The notes under the pieces are model-generated. The model saw only the letters and a list, made by a program, of their open reading frames with translations, did no database searches and was not told the origin of the DNA. Both the position numbers and the translations under genes were made by a program. DNA of 64,000 bases from Lama guanicoe (taxonomy: Eukaryota). Each line of letters opens with the position of its first letter. The first letter of the stretch is position 1. Shown one piece after another: positions 26,816 through 39,032 of the stretch. The stretch is taken from assembly GCA_013239625.1 (NCBI GenBank), contig MU057069.1, positions 1,546,018 through 1,610,017 on the forward strand, read 5' to 3'.

Positions 26816-28175
26816 GTGAGTGTCTCTAGCCCTTCTCTCTGTGCAAGGCCTGAGAGAGCCCTGCAGGGGGTCCGTGGGGAAGCTTGTTTCCAGGCCCAGC
26901 TTCAGTTCAAAACATCTTCCCCCGAACTTAAAGTTTAAATCTGTGTTGGAAAGCCAGGGTTGGGGCGGGCCCAAGGAACGGGAAGCTGCTTGCTTCTTAA
27001 AGAAAGGTGGCGGCTGTGTTGTATCTGGAATATTCCCTGTGGTTGAAGTGATTTCCTTCTCAGTGTCAATCAGGCCAAGGGTGGCTAATAGATTTCAGTT
27101 CATTGGGTGCTAGACACAAGGGTCCAGGAAGGGTGCCGAGGCCACATCAGGGCTTGGGCAACACGCTCTGGCTGCCTGATGGTGTCAGCTGCGTGCAGAA
27201 GCAGGAAGGGGTTTGCGTCCTCGAAGCAGCATCAGCAAAAGTGCTGCATCCTCTGGAGCCTGAAACAGAGACGCCGCTTTTCCACAGTTCATTGCCTTCA
27301 AGGTGTGGGTGCGACTTGAGGTCTTACACTTGCGGGATGGTGCCAATCTATAAAAATAAAGCTGCGGTTTTGAAATAATTAATGAGCGTGACCCTCTCCA
27401 AATCTGTCCTCTACCCTGCTTTTCTGTTTTCTTTTTTCTTAATATCTGTATTTCTACTTTCACTTCATTTCAGTTGAATTGAGCTTTTATTTAGTGCCCT
27501 GTCAGTTACTGTAACTCTGGCTTCTCGGTGTCTCATGTCTGTAGCCATAGGTTTCCCTGCTCTCAGCCCACCCAGCACGTGGCCACCAGGTTTAATTCTT
27601 AAAATTCACATTGAATTCTGCTGCCTCCTCTCTTTAAAAAGTCAAGTGTTTTTCCATCAGCTCCTTTACCTGGTGTTTGAGGCCTCATCCTCTGTGGCTC
27701 TCTCTCTGTGAGCCCCGTTCACATCACACCCTGGGCTCCCTGGCCTTGCACCCCTTACCCCTCACCCGCAGCCCAGGCCCCTGGTCCTGTGGCAGCTTCC
27801 AGCCTCTCCAGTGCCTCCAGCTAAGTTCTTGTCTCCGTCTGTTCCCTGACCCTGGGTACCCTGGAGGCCGAGAGCCACATCAGATTCACTCTGGTCCAGG
27901 CAGGGTTGGGCTCTGAACGCACAGGCGCCTGTGGAATCCTTGTCAAATAAACGACCAGGTCCTCAGCTGTGACCAGCCACCCGGAGTGCCCTGGGGAGGC
28001 CGGAGCCTGTGGGCCCGCCTTCTCGCCCCCGCTGGTTCCTGAGCGGCTTGGGGGTCCTTGGCTCTCCCCTCTCTCTTCTGCCCCCTCCGCCCAGAACTTC
28101 ACCCCACCTGGGTGGCCCTTCACCACATCAGATCCACATTCGTTCCTGTCACCCCCCCTTGTTCTCTTGTCACAG

Positions 28176-28293
28176 ACCTGGGGACAGAGAGCGTCAGCGG
28201 CACCCTCAGTTCCCTGCAGCAGTGCAACCCCCGGGACAGCTTTGACATGTTTGCCCAGACAAGAGGGAGCTCCTTGGCTGAGCAACACAAGAC
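28176..28293 (+). CDS. TOM1L2: TOM1L2 exon 11: DLGTESVSGTLSSLQQCNPRDSFDMFAQTRGSSLAEQHK(T)
   Basis: cacag|AC ... AAGAC|gtacgt; 118 nt. Confidence 0.95.
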
Positions 28294-29283
28294 GTACGTG
28301 GGGACCCTGTCGAAGGCTCTCGGGAGACCCTGGGGGGTGATTGACCCCCGTCTGGCCCCACACTAGCACGAGAGGCCTTTTGTTCGCCGGGTCCAGGACC
28401 TCTGAGAACTCTAAACTCTGGCTGTTGGGACTTGTCGGTAGGCGCGACGTGGAATGGGGGCCAGCACTCCACTGTGGGGCATGTGTCACGGCTCCTCCGC
28501 CAGTCACAGGAGTGGAGGGGGCTCTGCTGTTCTCTCTGCTGCCTCGTGACCTCGTCTGCCGGCAGGCAGGGCCCCCAGGGGTGCAGGCAGGGCTTCCCCG
28601 ACAGCAGCTCTGAGCACCGTGAGCCATGTGGATGTGGGGTAGTCGAATCCAGAATCCACAGCCCCTGCAGCTCTCTAGAACCCACTTTCAGCTTTCTGTC
28701 CAGCCTAAAGGCAGGTGAGGGACACTGTTCCCCACCTCCCCAGGGACCCAATGTCTTGACACATGGAGGTCTCTGAACCCCGTGCTCAGGACTCAGCGGT
28801 GGACCAGAAACCCAGGGCCTCATGCGCCCTTCAGCAAAAGCTGCTTTCAGAGTGATCCAGCGGAGGACGTCGGGGAGCAGAAGACAGCAGACCCGACCCC
28901 AGACCCTGAGACCAGCTTCCTTGTCAGATGTTGCTCAGGCTGTGCTTCTAAAACAAGGATTAATACCGCCTTTCCTCTGTCCAGCCCCTCCTTCTAAGCA
29001 GTGTCAGGGCACTTCTGCCGTCCTGCCGTTGCACCGTAGAGATGCCCGTGCTGTTACTTAGAAGAGGCACAGTGAGGTGCAGAGTCCCGACCCTGGAGGG
29101 AGGGCTGGCTGAGCCTGTGCTCAAACCCTGGCCTCTGGCTTCAGCTACGGCCGAAACGCTGAGGCCATGGGCAGCATTGTGCTGAGTGCTTGTGAGGAAG
29201 GAGGAAGGGGCTGTAGACGGGAAGTGACTGCAAGTCATTGCCCGTCCCCTGTGACCTTCCTGCTGGTGCTGTTTCATCTCCAG

Positions 29284-29359
29284 GGTCACCTACGAGGACC
29301 CCCAGGCTGTCGGAGGACTTGCCTCTGCACTAGACAGTCGGAAACAGAGCTCCGAAGTG
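29284..29359 (+). CDS. TOM1L2: TOM1L2 exon 12: VTYEDPQAVGGLASALDSRKQSSEV
   Basis: tccag|G ... GTG|gtaggt; 76 nt. Confidence 0.94.
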
Positions 29360-31428
29360 GTAGGTCTTTAATCTGTTTTTGTGCCTGGAGTCCTGCAGGG
29401 TGAGGGGAAGCTGGCTGGATAGTCAGGCAGAAGCTGGAGTGCAGGGAGGGCAGACCAGGATGAGAGCTGTGTTAGCTCATCCAGTCCTCGCCAACCCCCA
29501 CACGCCCGTGTCCACTTTCCTGTGACACCCAGGAGAAACTGGGCCCAGAGGCTGTCAGGCTAGGGGTACTGGGTGAGCGGCCGCAGGCAGGGCTGCTTCC
29601 CCAGGAGGTGCGACCGGGAGCCCCTGCCCTTCCTCCTGTGGTGGCTCCGAGTTCCCAGGGTGCAGGGCTTCTCCCCAAAGGCTGCGGCACCCTGGGCAGG
29701 CCGCGCCTGGCAGGGACGGCCCTGACGCAGATGGGATCCTGCGTGGTCCCAGCCGGCCCCTGCCGGTCTTCTGTCATGGGCCTGGCGAGGTAGGGCCCTG
29801 TTAGAAGTAGCTGATGGTCCGGGTGGGTTTGGGGAGCAGGGCCGGAGGGTGGAAGGGACAGGCGGTGGTGGGGAGGGCGCTCTGGGAAGCTCCATGTCTG
29901 GAAAGAGCTACGCTGAAGGTGGAGGTGCTTGGAGGTGGTGGATGGTGCTTGTTGGAGCCAAAACGCAGTCACGGTTCTGTAAGGTTGCATCTCACCGAAG
30001 GAAGAGGGTTTGTGCCTTAATGCTTCTCCTGAGATGGTTCCCTCTTTGCCTGAGAAACGTGTGTGGCAGCGAGTGAGTGAATGTATGTTGGCCCAACAGC
30101 TGCCTGCCCCCTGCACCCCTCCCCAAGACAGAAAGGGGCAGTGATCATCTGTCCACCAGAGGGGTCGGTGTCCTGAAGGCCAGGCCTTGGCCTCCCACGG
30201 CCCCTGTCCAATTGGCCTGGGCGGGCAGCAGGGCTGCAGTCTGGTGCCTGTGAGAAAGCTTGCCCTGGGGGAGGGACTCCTGGTCCCCAGTGCCCCGGTG
30301 GCCCAGCTGGCTGCGTGAGGGCCAAGCGGCCCTTTGTCTGCACTGGCCACTTGGGGTCACGGAAGAGCCAGCCCTCCGTACAACTCCCGAGACCCGGCCC
30401 CCCAAACCTGCGCAGTGGCCGGGTTCCTGGTCTGGTCCAGTAATGTGATCCCATTACTGGGGACGCGCTCCCTCCAACTGAGAGGGTGCCAGGCCGGCCC
30501 CTCCCCCCGACCACCCGCAGGGTCTTCTCCCACCATTCCCACTGTGTCCTGCTGCACCTCTGCTGCCTGCGTACAGGGCTGGGCTCCACGCTCAGGAATG
30601 CGGCCACTTCCGCCTTCACCCTTGGGCGCCTGGCCTGGCCCACCTGCCTGTCTTCAGTGTCTCCACCTGACAGGAGGCAGGCTGCTCAAGGGGGTGATCT
30701 GGAGAGCGGGGGTGAGTGTGGGCTGTATGTGTGTCTGTGTGTCTGTGTGCATGTCTACTGACTCACATGCGTCCTCAGGCCTGGACTTCAGGTTATCATG
30801 TTCCATATCCTGAACCACGCTGACCTGGAAATGAAAACTGGACCAAGGGAGAGACTAAGAACACAGTAAAGGGGAAAAAGTTGTATAACCACATCTCCAC
30901 AGGACCGCCAGATCCATAGTCTTACCTTTAAATACCTACATCATTTAAAAAAGGGCAGTATCCCCAAATCCAGCACTGAAGTTGAAAGTTTGGAAAAAGA
31001 ACACACAGGTAACTGAGAAGGAGGAAGAAGAGGGGAAAAAGGCAGAAGTAAGTTAGAAGAAAGTAGAAGTGATTTTGTAAAAGCTGGTTTTCTGAAGTCG
31101 ACCCTCTGGTGACCCCGAGAGCCCCGATCCTGAGTAGCAGCCGGGGCCGGCCTCCTGGGACCGGCCTCCTGGGACCCGGCTGACATGTCCCAGAGTGCGG
31201 AAATGTTGGCGTGAGTGCGTGTCACCCTGCTGGGGCTCCTGGTCACTGAACTCTTCTTTTGTCCGGGTGGGGGGAGGGGACAGCGCGGGGACACTGGTTT
31301 GCGGCTCCTCACGTGGCAAGGGACAGGCTCTGACGGAGGCCCTCCTGTCCCCACCATGTGCTCGGACCTTCTTTCGTGCGGGTCTGGCTCTGACTTTTCT
31401 TTCTGGGACTTTTCTGCCCTCGGCCCAG

Positions 31429-31494
31429 AAGAAAGGTAAAGATGGGGACTCTGACCTGGAGCCCTTAGACAGCTGGCTCCTGGCCCGCGGAATG
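31429..31494 (+). CDS. TOM1L2: Putative TOM1L2 alternative cassette exon: KKGKDGDSDLEPLDSWLLARGM
   Basis: Branch-like ctgac, pyrimidine tract, cccag|AAG ... ATG|gtgaga; 66 nt, phase 0/0, so it fits between exons 12 and 13. Confidence 0.6.
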
Positions 31495-34400
31495 GTGAGA
31501 GGTCGCTGGCTGCGCTGACCCCTGTCCACCCAGTGCGTCCCTGTCGCCTGCTCAGCCCTCGCGAGTCAGACAGTACAAGGCCGCTCCCTCCTGTCCGTCT
31601 CCTTCAGCCACGGACTCCAGCCCCAGAACCCCTTCCCTGGCTTTCTGCCGAGGTTCCGGCAGCTGCAGGAGTGAGGGGAGGGCCCTCCCCCTTTTACTGT
31701 CTCTGGAGCTCTGGGAAGTATTCACTTTTCCAGGATGAGCACAAGTTATTGTGGCTTTGGCTTGGGAGGAGAAGTCCTCTCCAGCCTGTGACCTTGGCAG
31801 TCCTAGGCTGATGGGGTTTTATAACGTAATTATTTGTACCCACTGTGTCCCCCAGAAGGATTTGAAACCTCTTAAAGAAACACACAAACACAGTAGGAAC
31901 AGAAGAAGAAGATGACCCAGCCAGGGGCGCTGGATATCATAAACGCGGTTACCTCATAGAGCCTTCGCGGCTCAGAGCCCTGGGAGGGTCTGTCCTGCCT
32001 CGTGATCAGGTGGCCCTGAGTCTGTGTCCGAGAGGGTCACTCGTCCCAGGCTGCCTGCGCTGGAGTGAGGATTTCCCCTCTGATGAAGCCATAGCCTCGC
32101 TGAGTGCCTCTGACCTAGAGACCAGAGGGCTATGTGCCTGGCGGGGCTGGAGCGGCGAGGATGCAGAGAAGGAAAGAGAAAACCAGTGCAGAGTGGTTCT
32201 TCTGGGTGGGTGGGGGGAGACACCGCACACACAAGGAGGAAGCATGACTGACCCCCAGGGACCACGTGGGCTGTGGCCAGGGGGAGGGTGTTACAGGACT
32301 GCGGTCCGCACAGGAGTCACCTGCCTAAACTAGGTGTGGCCGGCGCTCGAGGATGTGGGCCGCAGGGCTGTCAGAACCACGGGCCCAGGTGTCTGCCCAG
32401 CTTGGAACTGGTGACCTTGCACAGCCACACCCAGTAGTAGGAGGCGTCTCCCCCACCCCCAGCAGCAGGCAGCCTGGCACTTGCTGTCCCAGACCCCAAG
32501 GCCGTTCAGAGGCGAGGCTGGTCTGGCCCTGCATTTGTTTCTTCAGGGACAGACGGGGGCTCTGGCCCACATGTGTGGGTGGCCTTAGAGCAGGAGTCCT
32601 GGAGACCGTGTCCCCTGCACTGTCCAAATTGGGAGGGTCTAGCCGTGTGTCCTTGTGCCTCTTAATCCTGCAAAACAGGATACTGCCCACCGACCGCCCT
32701 GCGTGGGGCTCGGCAGCGGGGTGGCGTCCGCCCCCGCCCCGCCCCGCCCGGAGCTCCAGTCCCCGGCTTCAGGATCAAGCCGACTAACAGCTAACCTGGT
32801 GTCTCCTGTCTGACTGCAGCATCTCTCACTTTTAAACAGTGTATATTAATTGCTTTGCCTTACTTCCCATAGCTAGAAACCCTGTCTCCCCCAGTCTCCC
32901 ATGTACAGATTCTTTACTTGGAAACTTTTTGGACTGTTGCGTGAGAACACAGGGCTTTTAGATTCTCCCTCATGTTGGGGAGGGTGGAGCGTTGTAGGGG
33001 GGACTCGGGACCCCGAGCTCAGCACTTGCTCCTGCCACGCCGGAAACGGACAGCTAGGTGTCCTTGTGGGAGAAGCGGAGTGCGGGGTGTGAGTCCGGCC
33101 CTGGGCCCCTTTCCTGCGGAGGAGGCCCTGAGCACTGCCCCAGCCGCCTGCCTGGGCCACCTGGCTGTGCTTGCTTCTCCTGGCTGGCAGGCAGAGAGGA
33201 CTGTCTCCCACGTGCAGGGTGCAGCTGGGAAAACAACCTGCTATGAACGAGCATTAATCCCAACAGGACAGAAGTGGGTTAGTGAAAGTCTGCTTCCACC
33301 GGAGCCCGGGTTTGGAGTGGGGGTGGGCAGAAGTACTCAGGCCTGGAAGACCCCTAGACACAGCAAGCCTGAGGCTGCAGAGGGCGCCGGCTGTGGCTGG
33401 CCCCGTGGCAGCACGTTCCCCTTTGGGCAGGCGGCCCTATTGCCCCCTAAGTAGAGCTGCCCGCCTGCAGCCCGTGCAGGTCGGTGGATGGCCACGGCCA
33501 CGGCTGGCTTCCTCTGCGCGCGCCTGGCCATGGCCCCCACTCAGCCAGCCCCGCCAGCCTGTGCTCAGGGGAGGTAGTCTAGGTGCGGGTCTTCATCAGA
33601 GGGCGTCCCCACACCAGCTGCCTTCATTTTTCTCTCTTCGCATCTTTTCCCCTTTCCGTCTCCTTGCTCCAACTCAAGCTCTCCATCAGACCCCTTGCCC
33701 AAGTTGATGCTCACACTAGGGCTCACCTGGCCTCTCAGGGGTCAGCTGGGCCGGCCCTCCTCTGACGACTGAGAACACTGAGGCCTCTCCAGAGCCTGGG
33801 GACATGCCCAGGACTGGGGGCAGTGACAGAGTGACAAAGTCCAGCGCCATCTCCTCCAGGGAGAGGCTTGTTCATTCAGGCATCTCCCTCCCCTCCCGTC
33901 AGCTGGCCTGGGTGCTTCCTCCTCCCTCACGGTTTCCGTGGCTCCTGTTTCCCGGGCAGCGTGTGTGTCTGGTGTGCGTCTGATGCCCCCGTGGTGGGAA
34001 CTTTGCCCCAGTGTGGTGTCCCGCTTTGATTATTAGGCAGGCGGCTTGGGAGCCCCGGGGTTAAGGGCAGTCACTGTGGCCAGCCCATCCCTGTGTCTCA
34101 TGCGCCTTCCTGCTGCCCGCAGCCCAGCTCCACGTGAGCCACGCCTGAGGCCAGGCCCTCTGGCAGTCTGTCCAGGGTCAGTTCCAGTAGCTCTGACACC
34201 CCTGGTTTCCCTGGAACGCAGGGATTCGGGGTCATGAGTAGTGGGTGCCACCACCCTGTGTCCCAGGAGAGGAGATTGAGGCCCCCCTCTCCGCCCCACG
34301 CCCGGCGTTCCCGAGCACGACCCTGGGCCGCGCTCTCACATAGACACACAGCTCTCTGGGAGAAGCGGAGGAGAGGGAACCAGAGGGCTTCCGCCATCCA

Positions 34401-36283
34401 GCTTGGGGGGTGCTTTGAGGGGTGAGGAGCTTCTCGAATGTCGGTGTTTATTTATGAGCAAGCTGGCTCTCAAGATTCACCCGGAGGAGGAAGCCAGGGC
34501 AGCTCCCTGGGACCTAATATGAACAGTAACAAAGTGCGCTGAGTAGAACCCGGAGGCTTAAGGCCCATGAGCCCTAGTGTCTTTTGTCAAAAGCTTTGTA
34601 GCCGTGGACCCCTGGGGGGGTTCCTCCCAGGCGGGCTGAGGCCGATAGCCGTGGGGTCCCCATTCTGGCAGCTGGTGTCGGCGCGGTTCTTCTGCGGAGA
34701 TGCACTGACTTTCCACACTTGGTTCTGAGAACTTGGTGACGTGGCAGGCACCCTCCCAGAGGCCAGCGCCCTGGCTTAGAAGCATCAAGATAACGAAAGC
34801 TGGCATCTCCTGTCACAGGAGCGTGTCGGGCAGAAGCCCTGCCAGCAAACCTAAACCTGGCAGATCGTGCCCGGTGAGCCTGCTGCTTCCTGTTTGATGG
34901 GGTCGGGCTGCCCAGCGGCGTGTGTGCCCTGCAGAGGGAGGACCGACTTCCCTTGTCCCCAGGAGTCGTTTTAGGGTGGTTTGAACTCCTTGATGTGTTT
35001 TCATTTCAACATTCTTAAGTCCCCAGTTGGTCAAAGAAATAAAAAGGCAGTGTAGATTCTTCCTGATCTGATCGAGGTTGGCTTGAACCTCTGTGGAGTG
35101 CTCACGCTGGGCAGAGGAGGGGTCTGCGGCCTGGCTAGGAGACTTCCGCCCAGCTGGCCCAGACCCTCGGGGCAGGTTCCTGCTCCAGGGAGGCTGCGTC
35201 AGTCGGGCTGTGCCCCCAGCTCTCTGCTCTCCTGGCTGAGGTCCTGTTACTTGCTAGACTTGGCGAACACGAGGGCAGTCTTCTCACTGTGTATTTTAAC
35301 TTGATTCCTCCCCTAGATTGTGGTGTTGGGTGAGCCAGCTATAGACACATGCTGGCAATTTTTCTAGAAAGAGTGGGCTTGTGAGTGAGCCCCCAGAGGT
35401 ACTACACAGACCCAGCCTAGGTGAGGACACAGGTCACTGGCCAGAGCACGGTCAGCCCGTTTCTCTAGGCTGGGAGCCAGCATTTCGTTTATGGGGCTTT
35501 GAGGGGGTTGAAGGTTACTTTAATTCTTATCACATTATTATCTCATTACACCTGACAGCAGCAGAACTGTTCTAGCCAGATGCATTCTCCGGCCCTGGGC
35601 AGGGTGGCCCAGGCGTGGGCAGGGCCCAGCCACCACGAGGGCATCCTCCTTTGCTCAGAAGCCGGTTACCCCGCCAACCACTCCCCTGCTTTCTGTTGCA
35701 CTTCTGGTCTTTGATGCTGGCGCGTTGGAAGCTGGGGTGAGAGGAGGCTGCCGAACTCAGGGCGGCTTCCTGATGGTTCCACTGGAGAGACACAGAGATC
35801 ACCAGGCCCTGCGGTCCCTTTGGCCATCAGAGGCCTTGATTTCACCGTGTGTTTGTTGGTAGCAGAAGGTGCCTGCCTCTGTTGGCCAGGCCATACCGGC
35901 CTGGGTGCTCTCCCCACTCAGAAGTGCCCCAGGCCCCTGGGCACCGCCCCTCCCTGGGCGGACCCCTCCCGTCGGGGCCAGCCAGCAGGCACAGCGCGTT
36001 CCTGGACTGGAGGCTGCTCTGTGGCCCAGGGCTGAGTCAAAAAGTTGTCCACTTGAAGAACGCGTACTGCGCCTCCCTCCCCAGCGCCCCGCCAGCCCTG
36101 CTTCTAGCAGCCAGCACGCTCCGCCCTGCCCTCCCACACGTGCCTGTGCGCCCAGCCCGCTCTGCCCGCCTGCTCTGCTCTGTGTACCTGTGGTTCCGTC
36201 TGGGCTGCTTGACGACTGACGTGTCGGTGTTCTGTCTTCCCCGCCCGCTGTGGCTGCCTGCCCGCTGCTTGCCGCCTGCGCAG

Positions 36284-36343
36284 GTCCCCGTGGCGCAGCC
36301 CTCTGTCATGGACGACATTGAGGTGTGGCTCAGGACGGACCTG
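36284..36343 (+). CDS. TOM1L2: TOM1L2 exon 13: VPVAQPSVMDDIEVWLRTDL (myosin VI-binding IExWL motif)
   Basis: cgcag|GTC ... CTG|gtgaga; 60 nt. Confidence 0.95.
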
Positions 36344-36614
36344 GTGAGACTCGACTTTTCTATCTCGCGTGGGGAGTGGTGAGGCCGAGGCGCCTCTGAG
36401 GACAGGCCTCAGGGGACGGCACGGGGGCCGCTCCCCGGGTGGCGGAGGAGGGGGGGCCAGGCAGGTGCCCTCCAAGGTGGTCAGCACCTGCTCAGGCGTC
36501 GCCGAGCCGCCTGCCACGAGGCTGGCGGGACCCAGAGCTGGGCTTCGGGCCTCGGTCCTGCTGCCTGCATGGCACACTTCTCCCGTTACTCGACAGTCTC
36601 GGGGGTGTGTGCTT

Positions 36615-36745
36615 GGGTTCTTTTGTTTTTTGATTTTTGAGTTTTTTGTATTTTGGTTTTGGTTTTGTGTGTGTGTGGATTTTTTTTTTTTTGGTTTTTT
36701 TTTTTTTTGGTTTTATTTTGGGTTTTGGGGGATGTTTTTCTTTCG
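36615..36745. repeat. T-rich low-complexity tract
   Basis: ttttgttttttgatttttgagtttttt... Confidence 0.85.
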
Positions 36746-38127
36746 ATTGTGAAACATACACAGAGCCTTTTTTTCTTTTAATTGTGAAATACACACAGAG
36801 ATGAGCGAACGTGTATTTAAATTCACTGTCACCCCCTCCCCAGCATCTCCTGATACCTTGGATTTAATGGCCGTAGAGACCATGGTCTTTATCCCCAGAG
36901 ATGGGCAGGAGGGTTAGGACCTCATGCATCTGCAAGTGGCAGCGGGTCCTGAGAGAGGAGGGCTGCAGTGGCCGGTCCCGCTCCATGCCCCACAAAGCAC
37001 TCTGTGCAGGGGCCACTGGGCTGTTGGCGGGGTTGGAGAGGAAATGGCTCTGGGAGGGGAAGTGCCTGTCCAAGGCCATGGCTGGTCAGACCCCCTGAGA
37101 CCTGGAGTCCCTGTCCCCGGAGCAGAGCAGCTCTTAACCACAGGGTCGGCCTGGCTGGCCGTGGCTGCTGACAGCCTCACCTCACACCAGGACAGCAGAC
37201 CTCGGTCAGGGCCTCCTGCCACTCCAGGCCAGCTCCCCAGAAGGCCAGGCTTTCCGAAGACACTGCCCTGTAAGCAGCCACCCGGTGCCCTGCCCGGGGG
37301 AAGAGGTGCCCCATCGTGTGTTTCCCAAGGGAATGTCTGAAAAGGAACTGCTCCTCTCCCAGAAGCATGGCTGGGAGGCCAAGGCCCTCACCTCACAAAG
37401 GGGACCCACGGTCCACGGCAGGGATCTCCCAGCTGGACACACAGCGAGTCATTGGCAGAACCAGGAAGGCAGCCTGGCCTCCTTGCCTCACCCAGAGCAG
37501 TGTCCACTTACCCAACACCGTCTCCGCAGAGTTCCCAGTGGCCCCCACGTTCCCCAAACAAAATCCAGTCTGATCCACTCTCATTATTAAGAGATTCCAG
37601 AGCCTCCTGGGTGACAGAATCAGGGCCAAGGAGGAGGCTGGTGCAGCTCCTAGGAGGCCCTGGCCGAAAGGCCTCCTTCCTGTGCCCGAGCACCGCCAAG
37701 GTCCGGCCCTGTGCTGTGGGCTCCACAGCTCTGGCCCTTCCAGGCCTCACACGGTTCCCAGCTGCTGGTGCAGACAGTGACCTCCCAACACCCTGCAGTT
37801 GCCGGCTGGCTGAGAGGGGACGCTGAGTGGAGGGGCACCTGGTGGGCCCTGGGCACAGCCGGACAACCAGCCTGCACCTGATTTTGGATTTTTCTTTCTG
37901 GCCCTTTTGGAGGACCAAAACCTAGAACCTATGCCGCTTTTTTTGTTTGTTTGTTTTTGTTTTTTAAAATCAAAGTTTCTGTTTCTCCAGTAAGTCGAAC
38001 AGTACTTGCTCACGCAGAACCCTGGGGACAGGAAGTAGGAAGCTTTGCACCCTGGGGGTGCCGCTGGCTGCCGGGGGAGGCAGCAGGGCGGGCGGGCCTT
38101 AACGCCCTCTCTCTGCTCCTCCCACAG

Positions 38128-38164
38128 AGGGGCGATGACCTGGAGGAGGGCGTCACCAGCGAAG
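38128..38164 (+). CDS. TOM1L2: TOM1L2 exon 14: RGDDLEEGVTSE(E)
   Basis: cacag|AGG ... GAAG|gtaggc; 37 nt. Confidence 0.94.
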
Positions 38165-38883
38165 GTAGGCCTGGCAGCGGCGCCTCCCCAACATCCCCTC
38201 ATTTTGCTGCTCTGTCTCCAGGCTGTCCCCTGCCAGCCTGGGTGGGCCTCCCCTCTAGGGCTCCTCGGCTCCGTCCCACCCCGGCCTTGTGCTGAGGGCA
38301 GAGGTGTCACAGGGCTGGTGAACAGTGGGTACAGATTGCCCTCCCAGGTCTGCATGACCCCAGACTTATACCCCTGGCCAGTCTGTACCTGCCCCCAAAT
38401 GCCCAGTCTACCTGCAAGACACATGCCATGCAGTCAGCAGTGGAGGCAGCGGATGGGTCTGGGGGGGAAGTCCCTGTGACGGCCCCCCACCCCACCTCCT
38501 CTCACCCCTCTGCCCTCCCATTGCTTCCCCTAACTCTGCCAGGCCACCTGGTCAGACCCTCTGTGGGCACAGAGCCCCGCTTGGTGGGTGAGGGGGGTGG
38601 GTGCATGTTTCCTGCCAAGTTTAAGGGGGAACAACCCCTCCAGCTCTCCCAGTGCTGGTCTGGACCATGGAAGAGCTTCAGGTCAGTGGTGGGGCAGGAA
38701 TCACAGCTGCCCCCTCCCACCCGACCCCACCAGCTTGTGGCCCACTCTGTGTTTCCCTGGCAGTGGCGGGCTGGGGAGCGGGGTGGTTGGGTCCTCTGTG
38801 GGTAGCAGGTGGGAGGGGACTGTTGTACCCTCGATGGGGCCGAGCCCCGACCAATCCCAGCCCGGCCTTATTTTGTATTGCAG

Positions 38884-39032
38884 AGTTCGATAAATTCCTT
38901 GAAGAAAGGGCTAAAGCTGCCGAAATGGTTCCCAACCTCCCCTCTCCCCCAGCGGAAGCCCCGGCCCCAGCCTCAAACCCCTCCAGCAGGAAGAAGCCAG
39001 AGCGCTCAGAGGATGCCCTCTTCGCCCTGTGA
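38884..39032 (+). CDS. TOM1L2: TOM1L2 exon 15 coding part: [22 protein letters not shown]...SEDALFAL*
   Basis: tgcag|AG; TGA at 39030-39032. Confidence 0.96.
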
